Assembly (NCBI GenBank): GCA_900544525.1
Contig: UQVN01000001.1
Span: forward strand, 1 to 49,884
Length of the DNA: 49,884 bases
DNA from: an uncultured Eubacteriales bacterium
Lineage (GTDB): Bacteria > Bacillota > Clostridia > Lachnospirales > Lachnospiraceae
Direction of reading: 5' to 3'
Shown: positions 13,984 through 23,268 of the stretch, piece by piece
Layout: each line of letters starts with the position of its first letter
Position numbering within the stretch: the first letter of the stretch is position 1
The notes under the pieces: generated by a model
The model's database searches: none
What the model was told of the DNA's origin: nothing
The model's input: the letters and a program-made list of their open reading frames with translations, nothing else
Program-made: the position numbers and the translations under genes

Positions 13984-14256
13984 TTATCTTTTTGTTTTAA
14001 AAATGAGTTTATGTATTATTTTTCTTTTTTTTACTAAAACAGCAAATTCATCTCCACCAATTCTTCCTATAATATCATTGGCTCGAAATCCTCTCTTTAA
14101 GCAAAGGGAAAACTTTTTAAGCACTTCATCCCCTTCTAAATGCCCTCCATTATCATTAATCGCTTTAAAGTTATCTAAGTCAAAAATAAGCATAACATAA
14201 AGGTTCTCACATGGCTCATTGTCTTTCGGTAAATAAAAAAAGAACAAAGTGTACAA
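13984..14256 (-). pseudogene. GGDEF (diguanylate cyclase) domain remnant
   Basis: The translation contains only the core of the domain (LIFDLDNFKAINDNGGHLEGDEVL...RIGGDEFAVLV). The N-terminal part of the domain, any sensor domain and about 50 C-terminal residues are missing. There is no RBS, and the nominal start lies inside the cobT terminator stem. Confidence 0.6.
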
Positions 14257-14271
14257 AGCACACTTTGTTCT
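14232..14271 (-). terminator. intrinsic terminator of the cobT operon
   Basis: A perfect 12-bp stem pairs agaacaaagtgt (14241-14252) with acactttgttct (14260-14271) around a 7-nt loop. It is followed on the minus strand by TTTTTTATTT and begins 6 nt after the cobT stop. Confidence 0.85.
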
Positions 14272-14276
14272 TTCAT

Positions 14277-15371
14277 TTATTCTAATGGAACATAAGGTTC
14301 AATTTTATTTTCTTTAAACTTTGGAATTTTGTTATAACACGCTAATGCATAGTCTAAAATAGAAAATCCCATAACAGCACCTGTCCCCTCTCCCATGCAC
14401 ATATCCAACTGAAAATATGGTTCTACTCCAATAGCAGATAACACCTTCTTTCCTGCAGGTTCTTTGGAACAATGAGAAGGCAATATGTATTCTTTACAAG
14501 TTGGACATAGCTTTATTGCAAGAAGAGCCGATACCGATGAAATAAATCCATCCATAAACATAGGCTTACGATAGAGTGCAGCTCCTAAAAAACAACCAAC
14601 CATTCCAGCAATTTCAAGTCCTCCTACTTTTGATAGCAAATCAAGCACATCTTCTTTCTCTGGTTTTCTTTTTGCAATCGCCTCATTGATCACTTGTATT
14701 TTATGATTAACTCCTTCTTTTGAAAGCCCAGCTCCTCTTCCTGTAACCTCTTTTGCATCACAACCAAAATAGGCAGAGCATAACGCACTGCTTGTAGTTG
14801 TATTTCCAATTCCCATTTCACCAATGGCAAACGTATCATATCCTTCTGATACAAGCTCTTTTGTTAATTCAATTCCATTCAAAATAGCAAGACAAGCCTC
14901 TTCTCTTGTCATAGCGTCTTCCTTTAAGAAATTCCCTGTTCCATAGCGCACCTTTTTTCTTATAATTCCTTTTTCATTTGAATCCATTGCCATTCCAATA
15001 TCTACAGGAATCACATCTGCTTGATTTAACTGTGCCATAACACATACAGCAGAGGATTGTCTTGTCATACTTTCTACAACTGCTCTTGTAACTTCTTGCC
15101 CTGTTTGTGAAATTCCTTCTTCTACAATTCCATGATCCCCTGCCATGATAATAACTGCTTTCTTTCGACTCTTTGGATATTCACTTCTTCGAATTCCACC
15201 AAGAGTGATGACAAGCTCTTCTAACCGTCCTAGACTCTTTAAAGGCTTACAAAGAGTGTCCCAATGTGCTTCTACTTCTTCCATATACTCTTTACAAATT
15301 GGTTCTATCGAAGAGATTAAATTTTTCAATTCTCTTTCATACGCATATTCATATTGTTCTTCTTTTACCAT
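14277..15371 (-). CDS. cobT: nicotinate-nucleotide--dimethylbenzimidazole phosphoribosyltransferase
   Basis: The 364-aa ORF has CobT-typical segments GEMGIGNTTTSSAL, GGLEIAGMVG and DMCMGEGTGA. Confidence 0.92.
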   Translation of the reverse strand: MVKEEQYEYAYERELKNLISSIEPICKEYMEEVEAHWDTLCKPLKSLGRLEELVITLGGIRRSEYPKSRKKAVIIMAGDHGIVEEGISQTGQEVTRAVVESMTRQSSAVCVMAQLNQADVIPVDIGMAMDSNEKGIIRKKVRYGTGNFLKEDAMTREEACLAILNGIELTKELVSEGYDTFAIGEMGIGNTTTSSALCSAYFGCDAKEVTGRGAGLSKEGVNHKIQVINEAIAKRKPEKEDVLDLLSKVGGLEIAGMVGCFLGAALYRKPMFMDGFISSVSALLAIKLCPTCKEYILPSHCSKEPAGKKVLSAIGVEPYFQLDMCMGEGTGAVMGFSILDYALACYNKIPKFKENKIEPYVPLE

Positions 15372-15503
15372 CTGCCGTTACTTCTTTCTATGTTTATTTC
15401 CTTCCCGCACCCATTCATCACTTACTCTATTTTTTAACTTTTCTTTCTATCCTATATTTTTATCATACACTTTTTTAATGATTTTCTCTCTCATTCTATT
15501 GCA

Positions 15504-16319
15504 TTATCTTACAAAAATGGCAGAAAGAAATAATAAAAATACCATTTCACAAAGTTCAGAAGACGCTCCCATTACATCTCCTGTAATACCTCCAATTTTT
15601 CTTTCAATGTATTTTCGAAACCAAATGGCAGTTCCAAGTAGGCAAAATGAAATAATCAGCCCAACGCCGCTTCCTAGGAAAAAAAATTGCCATTGATTTA
15701 TTTGCAATTGTGAAAGCCAATCGATCGATTCTTTTTCCATAACACTGATAAAACCTATCCCAAGTGCCAAAAAACAAGTTCCAAGGAAATAACAAACCAA
15801 AGTTCTCCCCTTTGTCACCGTTCCAACAAAAAGCCCTAATCCTTCTTTTCTTGGATAAATTGCATGATATCCCATCACTCCTTGTACCATTTTCCCTGCA
15901 ACTGGAAGAAGTAAAATCGTTATTACAGGAGCTGGACTCAAAAAGATCCCCATATATTTCCATCCCAAATCTATAACTAAAGCAGCTACCCCATTGGTTC
16001 CAATATGGCTATCTTTCATAATTTCTAACATTCTCTCTGGTTTTCTAGCAGAATAAATGCCGTCTACTGTATCGCAAAGCCCATCAAGGTGAAATGCTCC
16101 TGTTAAAAATAAATTACTTATAATAGCAAGGAATACTGCTAATGCCTTTGGAAGAAAACAAATGGCAATGCTATAAAAAAATCCAGAAATCGCTCCTAAT
16201 AACAAACCAATCATTGGAAAATAAACAATTCCCTTTTCTAAATCTCCTTCTTGAAACGGAATATTTTGACTGACAGGAATCCTTGTCATAAATCCTAATG
16301 TAATTAAAAATCTTCTCAT
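15504..16319 (-). CDS. cobS: adenosylcobinamide-GDP ribazoletransferase (cobalamin synthase)
   Basis: The 271-aa polytopic membrane protein has CobS-like motifs (LTRIPV, HLDGLCDTVDG, GGITGDVMGA). An ATGA overlap joins it to the upstream gene. Confidence 0.9.
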   Translation of the reverse strand: MRRFLITLGFMTRIPVSQNIPFQEGDLEKGIVYFPMIGLLLGAISGFFYSIAICFLPKALAVFLAIISNLFLTGAFHLDGLCDTVDGIYSARKPERMLEIMKDSHIGTNGVAALVIDLGWKYMGIFLSPAPVITILLLPVAGKMVQGVMGYHAIYPRKEGLGLFVGTVTKGRTLVCYFLGTCFLALGIGFISVMEKESIDWLSQLQINQWQFFFLGSGVGLIISFCLLGTAIWFRKYIERKIGGITGDVMGASSELCEMVFLLFLSAIFVR

Positions 16320-18772
16320 GGCATTTCTCTCAACAATTCTAAAATTCCATCGATAGAATAAATATTTGCAGTTTTATGAACAGTTAAACCTGCATTTTCA
16401 CATGTCTTTGTCGTCTCTTTTCCAATAGATAAAATCTGATAACTTGTTTCTTCTTTTTCCCCCTCTTCTATCATATTGGCAAATACTCTTCCAGCCGAAC
16501 CACTGGCAATAGCAACATAATCTACCTCTTTTAGCACTCGATTTAATTCTTCCCTCTTTTTCTCTTCCCCAACGATATGATAAAGAGGAATATCCTCATA
16601 AATAATGCTAGCTTCCTTCAAGGCTTTTGGCAATGCCATAGAACCTTCTTTTGCTCTTAATAAAAGAACTCTTTCTTCTTTTGAAAGTGTTTTTACCCAT
16701 TCTTTTGCCATATCTTCACTTGAAAATTTTTGTGGAACAAAATCAGCCTCAATTCCATATTCTCTAAGTGTATCCGCTGTCCCTGATCCAATCACTGCAA
16801 ACTTAAATTTTGCTAGTTCTCGAATATCTCTTCTGTATTTTTTCCACTGTTCAAAAAAAAGTTCTACTCCATTTCGACTTGTAAAGACAATCCACTCAAA
16901 CTTCTCAATCCCTTTTTTGTCTTCTTGTCTTTGGAAGAGAGGACGTAATATTTCCTCTTTCTCTTCCTCTACACGAATCAAACTAAAAGGAATTGCCTGT
17001 GCTCCAAACTGCTCTATTTTTTCCTTCGCTTTCTCACACCACAGCTTCGTTCCTGTTAAAAGCACTCTCTTTTTAAAATGAGCATTTCCTTTCATCCACT
17101 GTAATTGCTCAGAAAAAGAAACAACATGACCAATGACAATGATCGCTGGCATAGCAATCCCTTTCTCTTTTACAATCTTTGGAAGTGTTTCTAACGTGCC
17201 CGTTAAAAATTTCTGTTGTCTTGTCGTTCCTTTTGAGAAAATACCAGCAGGAGTATTCTTATCTTTTCCATATTGAATGAGCGTATTACAAATTTCTTCT
17301 AATCGCTTTACCCCCATTAAAAAGATAAGCGTTCCTTCTTCTTTTGCAAGAACTTCATAATTGACCCGATCCATAGCTCTTCCTACTTGTTCTTGCCCTG
17401 TAATCACATGAAAAGAAGAAGCATATCTTCGATCAGTAACAGGAACTCCAGCATAGGCAGGAACACTATAACAAGAAGATACACCTGAAACAATTTCAAA
17501 ATCCACACCATGTTCTAATAGCTCAAGCGCTTCTTCTGCACCACGTCCAAAAATAAACGGATCTCCACCTTTTAATCGAACAACCATTTTCCCTTCTTTT
17601 GCCTTTTTCCAAAGGATTTCATTCGTCTCTTCTTGTGGCAAATGGTGATTATTCGAACGTTTTCCTGCATAAATCCATTCAGAATCTACCTTTGTCTCTT
17701 GCAAAATGGAGGTGGAAATCAGACTGTCATATACAATCACATCCGCTTTTTGTAATAAATCTCTTGCCTTTACTGTTAATAATCCTTCATCTCCCGCTCC
17801 TGCACCAACTAAATATACCTTTCCAATATTTACTTGCTCTGCTAAGTTCTTTCCTAATTGTTTTGCGAACGAATCTGTATGACTTTTTTGGCTATCAACA
17901 TCTCCTTCACTATCAAAAGTTTCCACTTCAAGTTCTTGCTTCGCATACTTTGTATGGATTCCATCTTTTGCATACATAGCTTCCATCACAAGTTTTCCAT
18001 TTTCTCTTCGACAATAAGCACCAGCAGGCGCATTGCATCCACCATTTAATGTTTGTAAATAGGCTCTTTCTGCAAATAACATCTCCGCGCCTTCTTTTGA
18101 ATGAATGGTTTCTAAAATAGCCAAGACCTCTTCATCATTTTCTCGACATTCAATTGCCAAAATCCCTTGTCCTGGTGCGGGTAAAAAACGTTCAGATAAC
18201 AAGGTCTCCATATGATATTTAGTCTTAGGGTAAGCCTCAATTCCTAAACGATTTAATCCTGCACGCGCCAAAATAATTCCATCATACTGACCACTTTCTA
18301 GTTTACTTAAACGAGTCTGTACATTTCCTCTTAATACACGAATTTGAACGCCTTCATTTAGCTGTTTGATTTGGAGTTCCCTTCTTAAGCTACTTGTTCC
18401 GATTACACTCCCTTCCTTCATGTCGGCAATTTTCGTACCATCCATCGTAACCAGCACATCGGAAGGATCTTCTCTCTCTAAAACCGCCCCCATTTGAAGC
18501 CCTTTTGGAAACTCCATTGGCATATCTTTTGCGCTATGTACCGCAATGTCAATGCTTTTATCCAATAAGGCTACTTCTAATTCCTTTGTAAAGACACCCT
18601 TTCCACCAAAGGATGCCAATGAACGATTGAGAATTTGATCGCCTTTTGTGCTCATGGGAATCACTTCAATTGTTAATTGTGGAATACATTCCTTTAATTT
18701 TTTCACCACAATATCGGTCTGTAAAAGAGCAAGTTTACTTTCTCTTGTTCCAATTCTAAGTGTTTGTTTCAT
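16316..18772 (-). CDS. trifunctional fusion: hydroxymethylbilane synthase (HemC) / uroporphyrinogen-III C-methyltransferase (CobA, SUMT) / uroporphyrinogen-III synthase (HemD)
   Basis: This is a single 818-aa ORF. Residues 1 to about 310 are HemC-like (LRIGTRESKLALLQT, GNVQTRL, GGCNAPAG). Residues 317 to about 565 are SUMT-like (VYLVGAGAGDEGLLTVKA, VVRLKGGDPFIFGRG, GVPVTDRR). Residues 567 to 818 are HemD-like (WIVFTSRNGVELFF, AVIGSGTADTL). There are no internal stops. AGGAGA lies 7 nt upstream. Confidence 0.85.
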   Translation of the reverse strand: MKQTLRIGTRESKLALLQTDIVVKKLKECIPQLTIEVIPMSTKGDQILNRSLASFGGKGVFTKELEVALLDKSIDIAVHSAKDMPMEFPKGLQMGAVLEREDPSDVLVTMDGTKIADMKEGSVIGTSSLRRELQIKQLNEGVQIRVLRGNVQTRLSKLESGQYDGIILARAGLNRLGIEAYPKTKYHMETLLSERFLPAPGQGILAIECRENDEEVLAILETIHSKEGAEMLFAERAYLQTLNGGCNAPAGAYCRRENGKLVMEAMYAKDGIHTKYAKQELEVETFDSEGDVDSQKSHTDSFAKQLGKNLAEQVNIGKVYLVGAGAGDEGLLTVKARDLLQKADVIVYDSLISTSILQETKVDSEWIYAGKRSNNHHLPQEETNEILWKKAKEGKMVVRLKGGDPFIFGRGAEEALELLEHGVDFEIVSGVSSCYSVPAYAGVPVTDRRYASSFHVITGQEQVGRAMDRVNYEVLAKEEGTLIFLMGVKRLEEICNTLIQYGKDKNTPAGIFSKGTTRQQKFLTGTLETLPKIVKEKGIAMPAIIVIGHVVSFSEQLQWMKGNAHFKKRVLLTGTKLWCEKAKEKIEQFGAQAIPFSLIRVEEEKEEILRPLFQRQEDKKGIEKFEWIVFTSRNGVELFFEQWKKYRRDIRELAKFKFAVIGSGTADTLREYGIEADFVPQKFSSEDMAKEWVKTLSKEERVLLLRAKEGSMALPKALKEASIIYEDIPLYHIVGEEKKREELNRVLKEVDYVAIASGSAGRVFANMIEEGEKEETSYQILSIGKETTKTCENAGLTVHKTANIYSIDGILELLREMP

Positions 18773-18875
18773 ATTCTATTCTCCTACTTCTCTTTCCTTA
18801 TCTTAAAATCTTATCTCTTTTTCATTAAACAATTCCTTCTAGTAAAAGCAAGAAAAGTTCTCGTTATTATGGATT

Positions 18876-19640
18876 TTAAGAAATCTTATATCCTCTTGGA
18901 GTGATCATTTTTCCATCTTTCACATAAGTAGTAGAATTTCCAACAATTACCATACTGAACATATCCACTTTATTTTTTTGTTCTTCCTTCCAAGCTTCAA
19001 AGTTCGCTAATTCCTCTAAAGTTGTAAGAAAACTCTCCTCTTCAGGTCGTCCTGCATGGCGTACAATGCCAACAGGAATACTTCCTTTTTGATGAAGTAA
19101 CATTTTTTTTGCTGCTTCGATAATATAATCATTCCTCTTTTTGCTTCTTGGATTATAAAAACAAACGATCATATCTCCCATAGCAGCACATTCCACTCGC
19201 TTCATAATCAACGGAAGGGGTGTCATTAAATCACTTAAACTAATTACCGCAAAATCATGCATTAATGGTGCTCCAAGGACAGAGGCTGCAACACTTGCCG
19301 CCGTCACTCCAGATACTACTTCCACTTGAATATCGCTTTTTCTTTCCTGCACTAATTGTAATGCAATTCCTGCCATCCCATAAATTCCACTATCCCCACT
19401 GCTAATTAAGGCTACATCATTTCCTTTTTCTACTTCTTCAATTGCAAAGATACAGCGTTCCGTTTCTTTTCTCATTGGTGTGGTTTTATAATTCTGATTT
19501 GGAAAATACTCTTTCACGATCTCTACATATGTGGTATATCCTACAATCACATCCACTTGTTTCATGACATCAATTGCTTTTTGTGTCATATGTTCATAAT
19601 TTCCTGGTCCAAAACCAACAATATATAATGTATGGCTCAT
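18876..19640 (-). CDS. cbiH: cobalt-factor III / precorrin-3B C17-methyltransferase
   Basis: The 254-aa class III tetrapyrrole methylase has an N-terminus LYIVGFGPGNYEHMT and an SSGDSGIYGMAG segment typical of CbiH/CobJ. Confidence 0.85.
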   Translation of the reverse strand: MSHTLYIVGFGPGNYEHMTQKAIDVMKQVDVIVGYTTYVEIVKEYFPNQNYKTTPMRKETERCIFAIEEVEKGNDVALISSGDSGIYGMAGIALQLVQERKSDIQVEVVSGVTAASVAASVLGAPLMHDFAVISLSDLMTPLPLIMKRVECAAMGDMIVCFYNPRSKKRNDYIIEAAKKMLLHQKGSIPVGIVRHAGRPEEESFLTTLEELANFEAWKEEQKNKVDMFSMVIVGNSTTYVKDGKMITPRGYKIS

Positions 19641-19683
19641 TCTTTTTTCCTTTCTTATTTCCTTCTTTTCATTATCCTTATTT

Positions 19684-20952
19684 TTATTCTTTTTCTTCTA
19701 TTTCTACTTGCTGATATCGTTTCACAGCCTGTAAAAAATTAGCAAACATTTCTGGTTCATTTGCTTCCCGCATTTGATAGAAAAATTGATTTAATACTTT
19801 TTTCGTTCCCTTTTTTTCTATCATTTGCTCTAAATAATTTGTAACTTCATCGATCATCTCATAGGACTGCTGAAATAAAAACCACTTTTTAAATTGAACT
19901 TCATAGTCTCTTAAAATTCGTTTTGCATGGATTGCCTCTTCTTTTTTTCTCTCGTTGTTCTCTCTAGCTGAACGACTTAAATCATCCATATGATAACAAG
20001 AAATCCCTGCTAACTGTTCTACTTCATGTTCAATATCCATTGGTACTGCTAAATCCACAAATACCATCTTCTTTCCCTTCCAATACCGTTTTAGATGACT
20101 TGCTGTAATCGTATAATGAGGACTAGCGGTAGCACTAATGATACCATCCATTTCCTCTATATAATGATATCTCTCTTCATATGGAATAATTTCATATCCA
20201 GTACAACTATCCCCATAACAACAACCATTTTTTCGATTACTATAACTATCATCAATCTTCTTAACAGCTGAAATCCCTCTCATAGTCACATAAAGTTTAA
20301 TCCCATTTATCGATTGTAAATTTTTTAATACAATAGAACCTATCTTTCCAGTGGCCCCAATAACCATAATCTTTTTTCCAACAAGACTTTGATATTCTTC
20401 TTGTAACACTTTTACTGCCAAAGTAGCCGTAGACACAGAAGTTTTGGATAAATCTGTCTGTGTCTTAACTTTTTTTGTACCCGTTACCGCGTAACGAAAA
20501 AAAGTATTGAGATAAACTCCACATTGCTTATGCTCTCTTGCAAACGCATGGGCTCTTTTTACTTGTCCAAGAATCTGATCTTCCCCTATGACAAGAGAAT
20601 CTAGCCCCGCTGTTACGGAAAACAAATGATGGATTGCTTTTTCACCATGGTACAAACGGTAATATCCGCCAAAGGAATCTTCTTCTTTGCTGTCATTTTC
20701 TTTTTGATTTTCCTTTGCCATGTTAGATACCACAGTCAGCATGCGATCATAAACAATTCTCTCATTTTCCTCTTCACTATATACATAAACCTCTGTACGA
20801 TTACAAGTAGAGAGTACAACCGCTTCCTGAATTATACCATCCATTCTCAACTGTTTCATAATCGCCAACTGCTGTTCTTCGGAAAAAGCAAAAAGTTCTC
20901 TTATTTGTAATGGGGCTGCTTTATGACTAACACTTAATAGTTGAATACTCAT
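19684..20952 (-). CDS. hemA: glutamyl-tRNA reductase
   Basis: The 422-aa ORF has the catalytic-Cys segment VLSTCNRTEVY and an NADPH-binding segment VIGATGKIG. An ATGA overlap joins it to cbiF. Confidence 0.9.
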   Translation of the reverse strand: MSIQLLSVSHKAAPLQIRELFAFSEEQQLAIMKQLRMDGIIQEAVVLSTCNRTEVYVYSEEENERIVYDRMLTVVSNMAKENQKENDSKEEDSFGGYYRLYHGEKAIHHLFSVTAGLDSLVIGEDQILGQVKRAHAFAREHKQCGVYLNTFFRYAVTGTKKVKTQTDLSKTSVSTATLAVKVLQEEYQSLVGKKIMVIGATGKIGSIVLKNLQSINGIKLYVTMRGISAVKKIDDSYSNRKNGCCYGDSCTGYEIIPYEERYHYIEEMDGIISATASPHYTITASHLKRYWKGKKMVFVDLAVPMDIEHEVEQLAGISCYHMDDLSRSARENNERKKEEAIHAKRILRDYEVQFKKWFLFQQSYEMIDEVTNYLEQMIEKKGTKKVLNQFFYQMREANEPEMFANFLQAVKRYQQVEIEEKE

Positions 20953-21704
20953 GACTCGATACCCTTTCGAAATTCATGTGTAAAATGTTTATCGTATAAA
21001 CAAGATAATTCATAATCATCTCCAAGAAAATCTCCAACAACTGTAAGTGCAGTCTTTTTAATTCCAGCCTCTTTCACTTGTTTTGCGATAGTCTTTAACG
21101 TACCTTTTACAATCTTTTGATCTCCCCATGTGGCTTTATATACAACAGCCACTGGCGTATCTTCTCGATATTCTTCCATCAATTGTTCTGCTAGTTGTTC
21201 GATCATGCCAACACTTAGAAAAATAACCATTGTCGCATGATGTTTTGCTAAATCCTTTAATTTTTCTCCTTCTGGCATCGGAGTTCTTCCTTCCATTCTC
21301 GTTAAAATAACCGTCTGTGACACTTTTGGAAGAGTATATTCTTTTTTTAAAACTGCTGCCACTCCTAAAAAAGAACTCACCCCTGGAATCACTTCATATT
21401 CAATACCAAGCTCATCTAACCGATCCATTTGCTCTCTATGAGCACCAAAAATAGCTGGATCGCCTGTATGCACACGTACCACTTTTAAACCTGCCTTTTC
21501 TCCTTCCGCCATAACAGTAATCACTTCTTCTAATGTCATAGTGGCACTATTATAGATCTTGGCACCTTTTTTCGCATCTTTTAACACTTCTTTATTCACA
21601 AGTGAACCTGCATATACAATTACATCTGCTTCATCAATGTATCTCTTTCCTTTTAAAGTCAATAATTCTGGATCACCTGGACCCGCTCCAATAAAACGTA
21701 TCAT
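20949..21704 (-). CDS. cbiF: cobalt-precorrin-4 / precorrin-4 C11-methyltransferase
   Basis: The 251-aa ORF has IRFIGAGPGDPELLTLKG, VYAGSLVN and VHTGDPAIFGA segments typical of CbiF/CobM. Confidence 0.88.
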   Translation of the reverse strand: MIRFIGAGPGDPELLTLKGKRYIDEADVIVYAGSLVNKEVLKDAKKGAKIYNSATMTLEEVITVMAEGEKAGLKVVRVHTGDPAIFGAHREQMDRLDELGIEYEVIPGVSSFLGVAAVLKKEYTLPKVSQTVILTRMEGRTPMPEGEKLKDLAKHHATMVIFLSVGMIEQLAEQLMEEYREDTPVAVVYKATWGDQKIVKGTLKTIAKQVKEAGIKKTALTVVGDFLGDDYELSCLYDKHFTHEFRKGIES

Positions 21705-21760
21705 AAATTTCCTCGATTCTACTGCTCAAATTTCACAAAAGTCAACTATTGTCGTTTCAC

Positions 21761-23041
21761 TTATGCCCACTTATCAATAATATTGCATGTTGCTTCAATC
21801 TCTTCCTCGGTATGAGCAGCGGATACAAACATGGTCTCAAATTGAGAAGGAGCTACATAAATACCATGATCAAGCATATTTCCAAAATATTTTGTATATT
21901 GAGTAAGATCCGAAGATGTTGCTCCATCATAATCATCCACTACTTGATCCGTAAAATAACAGCATAATAAAGAACCAACTTGGTTTACTCTTACTGCCTG
22001 TCCTTTTTTCTTGCCTGCTTGTTCAAAAGCTTTGGCAAGTTTTTTTGCCTTTTCTTCAATTTCTGTGTATAAATGCTGATTTCCTCTTAAAAGCTCTAAC
22101 GTTTTAATTCCGGAAGCGGTTGCCACTGGATTTCCGGATAACGTTCCTGCTTGATAAACTTCTCCAAGAGGAGATACACATTCCATAATCTCACGTTTTC
22201 CTCCATAAACAGCCATTGGCATACCGCCACCAACGATTTTTCCAAGAGTCGTAAGATCTGGCGTTACTTGATAATACTCTTGTGCTCCGCCATATCCTAA
22301 ACGAAATCCTGTAATGACCTCATCAAAAATTAAAAGACTGCCATATTGGTTTGTGATCTCTCTTAAAAATTGTAAAAATCCTTCTTTTGGTGGCACAACT
22401 CCCATATTAGCAGCCACTGGCTCTACAATAATACAAGCGATTTTTTCGCCAAACTTTTCAAAAATTTCACGAACAGAGTCTTCATTATTATAAAGAGCCA
22501 CTAATGTATTTTCTGTATAAGAAGCTGGTACTCCTGCACTATCTGGAACAGCACTTGTAAGAGCGGCAGATCCTGCTTTTACTAAAAGTCCATCGGAATG
22601 TCCATGATAACACCCTTTAAATTTTACGATCATATCTCTCTTTGTATAACCTCTAGCAACACGAATGGCACTCATCACCGCTTCTGTTCCTGAGCTCACC
22701 ATACGAACTAATTCCATAGATGGCATCGCCTCATGAATCATTTCTGCTAATAGCCATTCTTTTTTCGTTGGAGCACCAAAAGTCAATCCATCTTGTACCG
22801 CTTTTTGCACCGCCTCAATGACTTCTGGATGGGCATGTCCTAAGATTCCAGGTCCCCAAGAACATACATAATCAATATAGTCGTTTCCATCCACATCATA
22901 AATATGACTTCCTTTTGCATGATCAATAAATACTGGATTTCGATTCACCGCTAAAAAGGCACGAACAGGACTGTTCACCCCTCCTGGAATCACTTCTTTT
23001 GATTTTGTAAATAATTTTTCTGAATCTATATAATTTCTCAT
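21761..23041 (-). CDS. hemL: glutamate-1-semialdehyde 2,1-aminomutase
   Basis: HemL-like segments include GGVNSPVRAF, VSSGTEA, FDEVITGFR and the PLP-lysine context TLGKIVGGG. I chose the start at ATG 23041 (MRNYID...) because GGAGA lies 6 nt upstream. The track start at 23053 has no RBS. Confidence 0.92.
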   Translation of the reverse strand: MRNYIDSEKLFTKSKEVIPGGVNSPVRAFLAVNRNPVFIDHAKGSHIYDVDGNDYIDYVCSWGPGILGHAHPEVIEAVQKAVQDGLTFGAPTKKEWLLAEMIHEAMPSMELVRMVSSGTEAVMSAIRVARGYTKRDMIVKFKGCYHGHSDGLLVKAGSAALTSAVPDSAGVPASYTENTLVALYNNEDSVREIFEKFGEKIACIIVEPVAANMGVVPPKEGFLQFLREITNQYGSLLIFDEVITGFRLGYGGAQEYYQVTPDLTTLGKIVGGGMPMAVYGGKREIMECVSPLGEVYQAGTLSGNPVATASGIKTLELLRGNQHLYTEIEEKAKKLAKAFEQAGKKKGQAVRVNQVGSLLCCYFTDQVVDDYDGATSSDLTQYTKYFGNMLDHGIYVAPSQFETMFVSAAHTEEEIEATCNIIDKWA

Positions 23042-23268
23042 TGTTATCTCCATTTCTAACTAGTATAAAGTGCGTATTATCTATGACTTATAACTTTTGT
23101 TATTCTAACATACTACACACCTCTCATAATACTTACATTATTCCTAATACGATATTCTTTCCTATCTTCCATCTTATAGTCCGTTACCTATCATAGTATT
23201 TTTCACGCAGAAACGCAACTAATTGTTGTAAATTAAATTCAAACCTCTCCTTTTTTATTTTTCTCTTT

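Noticed and set aside
15145-15696. 183-aa plus-strand ORF, with nested ORF 15266..15478, opposite cobT and cobS
   Set aside because: It is antisense to two well-supported genes. The translation is low-complexity, S/F/L-rich shadow sequence typical of AT-rich antisense frames. It has no RBS.
16605-17081. 158-aa plus-strand ORF inside the hemC/cobA/hemD fusion gene, together with ORFs 17599..17979 and 17858..18049
   Set aside because: These are antisense shadow ORFs with S/F-rich composition and no start context. The opposite strand has unambiguous domain homology.
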